A stretch of 64,000 nucleotides of DNA, taken from IMG/VR virus record IMGVR_UViG_3300036760_000327, positions 32,001 to 96,000 of that record, one strand, 5' to 3'. A model generated the notes under the pieces. That model saw nothing but the letters and a program-made list of their open reading frames with translations. It was not told the DNA's origin and searched no databases. The position numbers were made by a program, and so were the translations under genes. Within the stretch, counting starts at the first letter, position 1. Every line of letters starts with the position of its first letter. This DNA comes from a virus. This document shows, one piece after another, positions 8,945 to 17,544 of the stretch.

Positions 8945-10703
8945 TACCCTAGAAATTGATTTTAGCCAGCACGGTTTTTGGGCCATAAGTGGGTTCAATA
9001 ATAAAGGGGGAGACTCGAATGGTTCCGGAAAATCGGCTTTATTGTCCAGTATTGTATGGGGACTATTTGGAAAAACTCAAAACGGACTATTTGGCAAAGA
9101 TGTAGTTAGATGGGGTCATGATGATTGTGCTGTGATCCTAACCTTTTCTAATGGTACAAATATTTATTCTATTAGCAGAACTCTTAAATCTGTTGATTTT
9201 TATATTAATGATCAACTCCAGCAGGGACATAAGAAAGATATTCAGGATCTGATTAATAAAACCTTCGGGACAGATTACCAGTTATTTCTAACTTTTAATA
9301 TTTTTACAAAAGCATGGGGTAATTTTATTACAGAAATTGGGGATGCTGGGCGTAAAAAATTATTTAAATCAATATTAATGTTAGATAAAATAGATAATGC
9401 TTTAAACAAGGCCAAAGAAATATATGTACAATTAAATGTTCAAGCCAATAAAACCGAGGGTATAATTAAACAATTATCTAATACCCTACCAGAATTAGAG
9501 GATATTCTCAATAAAAATAAAGAACTATCTGCAAACGAGGAGAGAATTAAACAAGAAGCTATTAAAGAACTAGAACAACAAAAGATACAATTAAAGCCAG
9601 AAGTAATTGACTTTACAGCTAGTATTGTTGCTTTGGATAAAGAAATTAAGGATCTGGTTGATCAAAAAACTTCTGATACTGCGGAATATAATGACATTAA
9701 ATTAACCAATATTAAAAATTTAATATTTCATGATAAGGCTACTTTAGTTCAGATAGAAGAGAAACTAAAAAATATTAATTTAATTGGGGGTGAGTGTCCT
9801 ACTTGTGGCCAAAAAATTCTGGCAAAGAATAAAAAAATGCATATTAGACATCTAGAAATTCTTAGAGATGAATGTATAGAATCATTAAAAAATAATGAAA
9901 CAACAGAGAAAAATATAAATAAAGAAATTTATGAAATTGACGCGATACAGCAAAAAATATCTGAATTAAATAAAAGAAAATCAGATATAGAACGGCAAAT
10001 ATGGGAACAGGATATTAAAATTCAAAAGTATAATGATTTTCTTCAAATGTCAGCAAAATCTTTAAATTATCTTAGAGATAACCAAACTGATTATTCTGAA
10101 TTAATAAAGGTTACTGAATCTAAAATAAATAAGGTTAAAACAGGAATTGAATATAACCAGAATTTACTTATTGGATATGCAAAAGAGATTGATGTATTTA
10201 ATTATCTTCAATGGTTATATGGACGACAAGGGGTAATCAACCTTATTATAGAAAAATGTTTTGCTAGATTGGCTTATTTATCCAATAGATATTTACGTAA
10301 GCTTTCTGGAGAATTTAAATTAGAAATTTCGGCCCAGAAAGAATTAAAGTCGGGAGTATATAAGGACGAAGTTGATATATTCGTATGGAACGAAGGAAAA
10401 AGAGTACAATATGCTAGTTTATCGGCCGGGCAACAACAAAGACTTAATATTGCCATGTTACTGGCTCTTTGCGATTGGGGCAAAGAAATTGGGGCTAACT
10501 CGTTTGATCTTCTTATGCTAGATGAAATTCTTGATCTATCTCTGGCAGAAAGAGGACAAGAAGAAACCTTGGATTTGTTATATTCTAAAAAACCAACCAT
10601 AAATCATATTATTTTGATCAGTCACAAAGACTTGTTAAAGGGTCAATTTGATAAAGAAATTAATATTTTACGAGGCGAAGATGGAATATCAAGAATTGGA
10701 TAA
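8898..10703 (+). CDS. Rad50/SbcC (gp46-like) ATPase
   Basis: Walker A GSGKS, zinc hook CPTCGQ, signature LSAGQ, Walker B LMLDE, ISH, coiled coils. Confidence 0.92.
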   Translation: MFILKSLKINNFLSFDTLEIDFSQHGFWAISGFNNKGGDSNGSGKSALLSSIVWGLFGKTQNGLFGKDVVRWGHDDCAVILTFSNGTNIYSISRTLKSVDFYINDQLQQGHKKDIQDLINKTFGTDYQLFLTFNIFTKAWGNFITEIGDAGRKKLFKSILMLDKIDNALNKAKEIYVQLNVQANKTEGIIKQLSNTLPELEDILNKNKELSANEERIKQEAIKELEQQKIQLKPEVIDFTASIVALDKEIKDLVDQKTSDTAEYNDIKLTNIKNLIFHDKATLVQIEEKLKNINLIGGECPTCGQKILAKNKKMHIRHLEILRDECIESLKNNETTEKNINKEIYEIDAIQQKISELNKRKSDIERQIWEQDIKIQKYNDFLQMSAKSLNYLRDNQTDYSELIKVTESKINKVKTGIEYNQNLLIGYAKEIDVFNYLQWLYGRQGVINLIIEKCFARLAYLSNRYLRKLSGEFKLEISAQKELKSGVYKDEVDIFVWNEGKRVQYASLSAGQQQRLNIAMLLALCDWGKEIGANSFDLLMLDEILDLSLAERGQEETLDLLYSKKPTINHIILISHKDLLKGQFDKEINILRGEDGISRIG

Positions 10704-10714
10704 AGGAGGAAAAT

Positions 10715-10969
10715 ATGAAATTGTGGTTATTGAGACCAAGAAAAGAATGTATTAAGAAAGATAATCCATGGGAGCCGTGGTATGATAAAGCGTTTGGATT
10801 TGTTATAAGAGCAAAAACAGAAAAAAAAGCTCGTTGTTTGGCTGATCAAGACGCGGGGGATGAAAATGACAATTTCTCTGCTTGGACAGACAAAAAATAT
10901 TCAACTTGTATTGAATTAACTCCATCAGGTAAAGAACAAATAATTCTGCGAGATTTTTACAGTGCTTAA
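10715..10969 (+). CDS. Hypothetical phage protein
   Basis: AGGAGG RBS. Last gene of the + strand arm. Confidence 0.65.
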   Translation: MKLWLLRPRKECIKKDNPWEPWYDKAFGFVIRAKTEKKARCLADQDAGDENDNFSAWTDKKYSTCIELTPSGKEQIILRDFYSA

Positions 10970-10977
10970 AATATAAA

Positions 10978-11307
10978 TCATTCCTTTAACAATCCAGCCG
11001 ATCTTAAAGCTCCCGTTAATACACGAGAAAATGGATTAACAATTAATTCTTCTATTTCGGCAAATTTAGCTGATACATCGGCTGGTATTACGGTTTCCAA
11101 ACTCCCGTGTATTAATTCATGAATTAAAGTTGAAATTTTTTCAGACGATGCCATTCTTTTTAATATATTTATTATTCTTTTATTAAAATCTATGTCACCT
11201 TTGGTTTCTATATCTTTATTCGAGTTAGAAATATGTTTCTTATATTTTATCTGATATAAAATCCCTCCAATTTCAACCGTCTTACCATTAAATCTACGAT
11301 TTTTCAT
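10978..11307 (-). CDS. Small HExxH metallopeptidase-like protein
   Basis: STLIHELIHG. Confidence 0.6.
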   Translation of the reverse strand: MKNRRFNGKTVEIGGILYQIKYKKHISNSNKDIETKGDIDFNKRIINILKRMASSEKISTLIHELIHGSLETVIPADVSAKFAEIEELIVNPFSRVLTGALRSAGLLKE

Positions 11308-11764
11308 TATTTTCCCCTAGTATAAATAATTTTGCTTCTCGTGCTCGTCTACCCATAAGACCTTTATTTATCTTTCCTCCGGCATATATCCAAGATAGCA
11401 TAGCTTCTGGAACTCTGCTATATTCACTCCTATTCAATCTAGACCTAGCCGTACTGGCCTGGAATCCTCCTGTCCCAATGTTAAAAACAAAGGAAAGAAG
11501 AGCCGCATATTGGTTATCCGTAAGAGGAACTCTAACTAATCTCATAATGGCCGTAGCTGTACGTAATAAATCTTTGCGCAATAAATCATCGGCTTGAGAT
11601 TCAGTTATGCCATCTTTAAATATAGTTTCTTCATTTGGCAATAAAAGATGTCCTACACCAATTGTTTTTTTGCCAGCTACATCAAGATAAATATGGAGGA
11701 CACAAGCTTCTTCTCGTTTAATAAACTCTATAGCAATTTGGGGTATTTGACGAACCGTTATCAT
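11294..11764 (-). CDS. Endolysin, GH24 lysozyme
   Basis: E-x8-D-x5-T triad (EACVLHIYLDVAGKKT), IGVGH, ALLSFVFNIG, GLMGRR. Confidence 0.92.
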   Translation of the reverse strand: MITVRQIPQIAIEFIKREEACVLHIYLDVAGKKTIGVGHLLLPNEETIFKDGITESQADDLLRKDLLRTATAIMRLVRVPLTDNQYAALLSFVFNIGTGGFQASTARSRLNRSEYSRVPEAMLSWIYAGGKINKGLMGRRAREAKLFILGENNEKS

Positions 11765-12285
11765 TTTTTAATTCCATTCTTCAATGCGCTTATTACAGAA
11801 GAAGATGGCATGGAAGTTCTGCCTAAACTATACCTCATAAAACGGGCTCCAAACCAAAATGCCAAAATTGTCGATAGTACAGCAAAGTCTTCGCTGTTCC
11901 ATATTTGCGTTCCGACTTCGTTCCATTTGGCCCCTGCTTGAACTAAAGAATAGATTAAAGAATATTTAACGTACATATAGAGCACCATAAAACCGTATGT
12001 GATCGTTGGACGTACTGAGGAATTGTATAATGATACGATTCCATCAATCCAGCGAACACCAGTGATCTTTTGTTCTGATGCTTTATAGATCGCTTCTGTT
12101 TCAGCTATATCAGCCTGCGCACCCAACTCCTCTAGTTTAATCTGGCCCTGTAACTTCGCGGCTTCCATCTGTAATTTTCCCATCTCTATTTCATGTTTAT
12201 GATCTTCTTTATTGTTCCAAAATTTCAAAATTTCGGGCAATAATGAACCTAACAAACCAAATATAGTACCTAAAAGTGTTAGCAT
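11761..12285 (-). CDS. Holin-like membrane protein
   Basis: SVRPTITY and AFWFGAR motifs with hydrophobic segments. Adjacent to the lysozyme. Confidence 0.7.
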   Translation of the reverse strand: MLTLLGTIFGLLGSLLPEILKFWNNKEDHKHEIEMGKLQMEAAKLQGQIKLEELGAQADIAETEAIYKASEQKITGVRWIDGIVSLYNSSVRPTITYGFMVLYMYVKYSLIYSLVQAGAKWNEVGTQIWNSEDFAVLSTILAFWFGARFMRYSLGRTSMPSSSVISALKNGIKK

Positions 12286-12288
12286 AAA

Positions 12289-12564
12289 TTATTTCACCTC
12301 TTTCGTTGTGTTATGATGGGGATAAAGGATCGTCTGTTGTGGGTGCATAATTTGAGCAATATGTGGATCCTCTGTTGTATTACAGTGGTAGAAGGACGGT
12401 GCGGGTAAAGGACCATTTGTTGTGGGTACAGGATTTGGCGGGTATACAGGACCACTTGGAAAAACTTCATAATTCCATATTGCTGGACTACAATCACATG
12501 TTTCTTTCCACGGTGCATTTACTCTACTACATCTTGGACAAATCCATCCATAATTTGATGACAT
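12289..12564 (-). CDS. Small zinc-ribbon phage protein
   Basis: GWICPRC..VNAP....CDC; GGAG RBS. Confidence 0.6.
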   Translation of the reverse strand: MSSNYGWICPRCSRVNAPWKETCDCSPAIWNYEVFPSGPVYPPNPVPTTNGPLPAPSFYHCNTTEDPHIAQIMHPQQTILYPHHNTTKEVK

Positions 12565-12584
12565 AAATTTATCCTCCTTTGATT

Positions 12585-13748
12585 TTATTTGTTTTCTTGA
12601 ATTTTTTCACATATAAACGATATATTATCTTCGGACAATTCTACATGCAATGGAAGACTAATACACCTTTCAAAAAATTTAATGGCCTCCTGGCAACCAT
12701 TATCGGTTTCGTATGTACGATACATTTTATAAAGATGATTCAGGCGATAATGAACGCCGCATTGTATCCCTTGTTCAGACAAATATTTCATTAATTTATC
12801 CCTGTTATTTACAAGAATTACAAATAAATGATTAGCAGATATTCTATCTGGAAATATTTTTAATAATTCAATCTGTTCTGTATTAGCTAATAATTTTCTA
12901 TATTTATCTACTAGCATTTGTCTATAGATTCTATCTTCTTCATAATGTTGCAACTGCCCTAATCCAATAGCTGCTTGTATATCATTCATATGATTTTTCC
13001 AACCCATTGATACTATATCATAGTCCCATGAATATTTTTCATTATTTGTTCGTTCGGATGTATTTTTATTTATGCCAAACCATCGCAATAATCTGGCCAT
13101 TTTATCAATTTCTGGATCATAGGTAGTTAACAAACCACCATCTCCGATAGCAAGTGGTTTAACAGAATGGAGACTAAAAGTGCAGAATCTAGAATGCAAA
13201 CATCCTATTTTCTCGTTTTGATACTCAGCGCCGAAAGCGTGAGAGCTATCCTCAATTACATCTAAATGATATTTAGTAGCTATATCATATATTGCATTCA
13301 TATCAACTGGCATACCGCCAAAATGGACAACCATAATTGCTTTTGCTCTAGAATTAATAAATGGATTGGTCATTAATCTTTCAATAGATTTTGGATCTAT
13401 GTTGCCGGTATCTGGTTCAATATCTGCAAAAACAGGATAGTAACCAGCTTGTAAAATACAATGATTTGTGGCAATAAAAGTCAACGGGGTCGTAATGACA
13501 TAAGAGCCTTTGGGAGCTTTAAGACAAGCTAAAGCTATTTGTATGGCCGCCGTGCCAGAATTAAGTGCAATTACATATGGAGTATTCAAATATTGGGATA
13601 CTGCCTGTTCAAACTCAGCAACACGAGGGCCAAGGCCGGTCCAGCCGCTTTTTAATACTTCTGTAACATTATCAATGCTTTTCTGGTAAACGTGGTGGCG
13701 GAATAAAGTTATCATTTTATTCTTTTTCCCCCAGATATTCATAGCCAA
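12585..13748 (-). CDS. DegT/DnrJ/EryC1/StrS PLP-dependent sugar aminotransferase
   Basis: NSGTAA, TFIAT, VHFGG, IEDSSHAFG, SLHSVKPL (PLP lysine), GDGG, ISLPLH. The real start is probably near 13715. Confidence 0.93.
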   Translation of the reverse strand: MAMNIWGKKNKMITLFRHHVYQKSIDNVTEVLKSGWTGLGPRVAEFEQAVSQYLNTPYVIALNSGTAAIQIALACLKAPKGSYVITTPLTFIATNHCILQAGYYPVFADIEPDTGNIDPKSIERLMTNPFINSRAKAIMVVHFGGMPVDMNAIYDIATKYHLDVIEDSSHAFGAEYQNEKIGCLHSRFCTFSLHSVKPLAIGDGGLLTTYDPEIDKMARLLRWFGINKNTSERTNNEKYSWDYDIVSMGWKNHMNDIQAAIGLGQLQHYEEDRIYRQMLVDKYRKLLANTEQIELLKIFPDRISANHLFVILVNNRDKLMKYLSEQGIQCGVHYRLNHLYKMYRTYETDNGCQEAIKFFERCISLPLHVELSEDNISFICEKIQENK

Positions 13749-13944
13749 ACGGACGAATTTCCCACATGTCCATTCCCAATGATTCTAAAGCACAATGGGC
13801 ACATAATACGCAATCTTTTCCCATTATATCAATTATCTTTTTCCAGTACTTATTACTAAGCTGATAATCATAGTGCATACGGGCATGGCATTTTTTACAT
13901 ACCATACCATTATGTAAGATTGTCTCTAGTATTTTTTTTCTCAT
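13717..13944 (-). CDS. Small Cys-motif protein
   Basis: CKKC...LCAHC. Confidence 0.5.
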   Translation of the reverse strand: MRKKILETILHNGMVCKKCHARMHYDYQLSNKYWKKIIDIMGKDCVLCAHCALESLGMDMWEIRPFGYEYLGEKE

Positions 13945-13951
13945 CTTTCCT

Positions 13952-14089
13952 TTATTTTTCTCGCATAGCCCATTGTATAAAACATTCTTTACTACAAAAA
14001 TAATATTTTTTATTATTTTTTATTACAACATATACCGGATATTTAATTCCTTGAGATAATTTTTCTAATCCACAATAAGCACATTTCAT
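13952..14089 (-). CDS. TRASH/YHS-like metal-binding miniprotein (not in ORF track)
   Basis: MKCAYCG...KKYYFCSKECF matches the CxxC...YYFCSxxC pattern. Confidence 0.6.
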   Translation of the reverse strand: MKCAYCGLEKLSQGIKYPVYVVIKNNKKYYFCSKECFIQWAMREK

Positions 14090-14284
14090 ATTTTTATCCT
14101 ATCCTACTTGGTTTTTCCACGTCTTCTAAACTATCAATCATTAGTTGAAGTAATGAAATTGATTTTTGATAATTAGGATAATTTTTAATTAAAGCCTGAA
14201 GTTGCTGGTCCAGATTTAATTTTATCATTTCCATTTTCATTTTAGAAGTCCAACTTCGTCTTAATTTCATGCTGTTTTACCTAG

Positions 14285-14815
14285 TTAGCACCTAGTAAAT
14301 CCACAAGAATAACATTTTGCACAACCTTCTTCCATAATTAAACCAGAACCACACTCTGGACAAGGCTCGGTAATAAATTTTGGGGTCTTTTTGACCGCAG
14401 TTTTTACTTCAGCAATAACTTTATCAAAATTGATCTTATGCACTTCTGGTAATTTTTCTTCTTTCTTTTCAATTATTGTTATAGATTTCTCTTGTTTTTT
14501 TCTGCTTTTAGCCAAACATTGAGCTACAGCATCAGCACAACTTAATGTTTTTGTATTTCCAAAACCATTAGATTGATGGCAACCTATACCTGCCAACTGT
14601 TTGATTATTGTTTCCATACTTGTTCCAGCTTTTAAAGCTAAACTAATAAGTCTTCCTAGAGCTTCAGATTGGCTGGCGGCACATCCTCCCGCCTTTCCTA
14701 AACGAATAAACACCTCCCACGGTTTTCCTTCAGCATCTTCATTTATAGTAATATATAAATTTCCACACCCCGTACTTATACGACGTGTATGTCCCCTAAG
14801 CACTTCTTCTCTCAT
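14285..14815 (-). CDS. Stand-alone TSCPD domain with zinc ribbon (class II ribonucleotide reductase C-terminal/NrdJb-like)
   Basis: TGCGNLYITIN, GKAGGC, LGRLISLAL, IGC, LSCADA, CPECG...EEGCAKCYSCGFTRC. Confidence 0.85.
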   Translation of the reverse strand: MREEVLRGHTRRISTGCGNLYITINEDAEGKPWEVFIRLGKAGGCAASQSEALGRLISLALKAGTSMETIIKQLAGIGCHQSNGFGNTKTLSCADAVAQCLAKSRKKQEKSITIIEKKEEKLPEVHKINFDKVIAEVKTAVKKTPKFITEPCPECGSGLIMEEGCAKCYSCGFTRC

Positions 14816-14816
14816 T

Positions 14817-15374
14817 TTACATGTCCTTGATATTTGTGGCCTGATTTTCATATGAATCTGATAGATCATCATAGCTGTAAATAACAGATGGTTTTTTTGA
14901 ATCAAAATTATGATTAATGGCCTCTAATAATTGAATAGGTTTTGTAACGGATTTAAATCCTGCTCTTGCATAGATAGCAATAGCATCTATATTGTCCATA
15001 TGGACTTCTACTCTAACTTTGTACAGTTTCATTTCTTCAAATGCAATACGGAGAATTCTTTTAACCATTTCTTCAGCATATCCATGTTGCCGAAATTCTT
15101 CTAATAATAATACTCTTCCTAATTTAGCCGTTCGACTAGTGATGTCAGTAGCATAAAGAGCGATAGTCCCGATCTTTTCACCGGATTTAAGCATTACAAT
15201 AAACATATTATCCGTACCAATATCCCTATATTTTTGATACCAAGCTTTTTGTTGTTCTTTGGTTATCTCATTTGCATCAAAAAAATGATCTCTATATTTA
15301 TTACGAGTTTCTCTTAACCATTCAATATCATTCTCATTTACGGGCTTAAAAACTAATCGTTCACTTTTTATCAT
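14817..15374 (-). CDS. GNAT N-acetyltransferase (RimJ/PseH-like)
   Basis: EITKEQQKAWY, EEFRQHGYA, NIDAIAIYARAGF. Lies near the sugar aminotransferase. Confidence 0.85.
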   Translation of the reverse strand: MIKSERLVFKPVNENDIEWLRETRNKYRDHFFDANEITKEQQKAWYQKYRDIGTDNMFIVMLKSGEKIGTIALYATDITSRTAKLGRVLLLEEFRQHGYAEEMVKRILRIAFEEMKLYKVRVEVHMDNIDAIAIYARAGFKSVTKPIQLLEAINHNFDSKKPSVIYSYDDLSDSYENQATNIKDM

Positions 15375-16245
15375 TTAATATTTCCTCCCATTTATGACCA
15401 ATTGTATCTATTGAATATTTATCCAGTACATCTTCTCTTGCCTGTTGTCCAATTTTAATTCGCAAATCTCTATTTTTTAATATCTCAAGATACATTGTCC
15501 ATTCGTTCTTTGAATTATTTAAACAAACAAATCCATTTTTGCCTTGACGAATGATCTCTGTATAAGCCGGAATTGGAGAAGTTATTACAGGCAACCCTAA
15601 TATCATTGACTGGGTTAAACGATTATTCCCCTTCGCAAGTTCAAATGGCGGCAGTTCACCGAGAAACGGTATTACAATAATATCTGAATCAATTAAATCT
15701 GACCATATAGTATCTAATCTCCATTGTTTTGTTGCTTCTTTACAGGCACTAATGGTAATATATTTAAAGCCCAGAGATTCTATTAATGGCCGTATGGTTT
15801 CGGCTTGGGGAAAATGAAGAAGAGTACCAAACCAAGAAATTATGAGATTATCTTCCCTGTGTTCTTTTTTATATAAATTTCTTGGGGTTTCATACGCGTC
15901 ATTTATCGTGTATAATTTAGCTTTTGTATAAGATTGAATCCATTCTCGGATGTACTCAGAGCCACAGACAACTTTATCAGCAATCTGGGCCATTGGAATA
16001 CCTTCAAAGTATAGATCATCCAGTATATAAATTACTTCTTTCCCCTTTTCTTGGCATTCTTTAGCCCTATTAATTTCAGTAAATATTTTTTGGAATATAA
16101 TAATATCATATAAATCAATATTATAGGGGGATATAAGTATATCCGAAATGATACCGTTTTGATTCATCCAGTTAGAAACATTTATACCCATAATACGACT
16201 GCTAGGAGTATTTTTATCACCAATTAAAATCCATCCTATATACAT
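15361..16245 (-). CDS. Glycosyltransferase (GT-B/GT4-like)
   Basis: SSRI, YILDD, KGNNRLTQSMILGLPVITSPIPAY, NGF. Confidence 0.8.
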   Translation of the reverse strand: MYIGWILIGDKNTPSSRIMGINVSNWMNQNGIISDILISPYNIDLYDIIIFQKIFTEINRAKECQEKGKEVIYILDDLYFEGIPMAQIADKVVCGSEYIREWIQSYTKAKLYTINDAYETPRNLYKKEHREDNLIISWFGTLLHFPQAETIRPLIESLGFKYITISACKEATKQWRLDTIWSDLIDSDIIVIPFLGELPPFELAKGNNRLTQSMILGLPVITSPIPAYTEIIRQGKNGFVCLNNSKNEWTMYLEILKNRDLRIKIGQQAREDVLDKYSIDTIGHKWEEILNDKK

Positions 16246-16766
16246 AAATTTACCAAATATAAAGTATGATTTCCTTTACTTTTAAGAGTATCTATTCCAA
16301 TAATTTCATTGGAACAAGATTCTAATTCAAATAATGCATCGCTACATATAAAATATCTAGTATGTTCTTTAAGCCAACAAATCAAATTTTTTCTCCATAC
16401 TAAATTTTCATCTGGTAACATATCCCATCGTCGCCACGTTTCTAGCATTAAAGTTAAATCAAAATTATTATTATAAGTATTAATAAAATCTTGAAATGTA
16501 GTATGATAAAATTTAATATTATTATATTTCGTCCATTCATCATATGTCCATATATCCACACCTTGACAAATAGTATTTGGAAATTTTTTGCTCAAACCGA
16601 AAAGAACATAACCCTTGCCACAGCACAAATCAAGTATATTATGAGGACGTATATTTCTATTTATAAGTGCTTCAAAGATTTTATATCCTCGTCCAATTCC
16701 TTCTTCTTCATTATTATTCTCGTCATTTCCCCATACTCTTTTAATTTCCATATCGCCTTCTGTCAA
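16236..16766 (-). CDS. Class I SAM methyltransferase
   Basis: ILDLCCGKG, GVD. Confidence 0.75.
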   Translation of the reverse strand: MTEGDMEIKRVWGNDENNNEEEGIGRGYKIFEALINRNIRPHNILDLCCGKGYVLFGLSKKFPNTICQGVDIWTYDEWTKYNNIKFYHTTFQDFINTYNNNFDLTLMLETWRRWDMLPDENLVWRKNLICWLKEHTRYFICSDALFELESCSNEIIGIDTLKSKGNHTLYLVNLCI

Positions 16767-16930
16767 TTTAATTCCTCCAATAATATATTACAAGGTTGCC
16801 CACATAAAGAACATATATAATAACAAGTGCCTATTTTTTGTTTCTTTACATCTTCTCCAATAAAATCAGGCATATCTGAAAATACTATTAATACTTCGGC
16901 TTGGCAACATGTACTTAGATTGGTATTCAT
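16763..16930 (-). CDS. 55-aa Cys-rich protein (not in ORF track)
   Basis: MNTNLSTCCQAEV...YICSLCGQPC; overlaps both neighbours by 4 nt. Confidence 0.5.
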   Translation of the reverse strand: MNTNLSTCCQAEVLIVFSDMPDFIGEDVKKQKIGTCYYICSLCGQPCNILLEELN

Positions 16931-17421
16931 TTTACTGCCCTTAAAATAAAGACTATATTATAAATTATATTTAAATAATGTTTTTTAGCAAATTCTAATT
17001 CTTTACCGGATAATTTTTGTCCCTCTGGTGTCAGGGTTTCAATTAATTGGACTAGATCAAATTTTCCAGTGTAAGTATAATGTGGAACTTGTTTTTGTCG
17101 GCAATCAAGATACTCATAGGTTCTGTGAGTCCAATACTTTTTATGTGTTGGATCTCTAAAGGCTGATTCGCAACCCCAATACGGCACTTGTATTTCAACC
17201 AAAGCTCCAGGCATACAAACGCGATAAATTTCTCCCATAATCCTTAAGGGGTTATCCACATGTTCAAAAAAGTAAATAGCTCTTACTGCTGCTACACTAT
17301 TGTCCTCAAAGGGTAAATCTTCATTTTCTAAATCACATATAATCTCAGCTGGTGGAAGTTTATCTACCCCAATCCATCCTGGTAAACATTGATTTCCACA
17401 ACCAATATCTAATTTAATCAT
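16927..17421 (-). CDS. Class I SAM methyltransferase (type 11-like)
   Basis: LDIGCG, LPFEDNSV, FEHV, EIYRVC.PG, DPTH. Confidence 0.88.
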   Translation of the reverse strand: MIKLDIGCGNQCLPGWIGVDKLPPAEIICDLENEDLPFEDNSVAAVRAIYFFEHVDNPLRIMGEIYRVCMPGALVEIQVPYWGCESAFRDPTHKKYWTHRTYEYLDCRQKQVPHYTYTGKFDLVQLIETLTPEGQKLSGKELEFAKKHYLNIIYNIVFILRAVK

Positions 17422-17544
17422 AAACGCACCATTTACATCCTATAGGATTATGTTTAGTAATAATATTTAAACGTATTAACACATGTTCAAAAAAGTCGCA
17501 AAAGTCTTTACCCTGGGATAATAAAGCATTAATTTCTTTTTCCG

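Noticed and set aside
17257-17497. Short direct repeat CACATGTTCAAAAAAGT near the methyltransferase start
   Set aside because: There are only two short AT-rich copies and no associated structure; it may be chance or a small local duplication.
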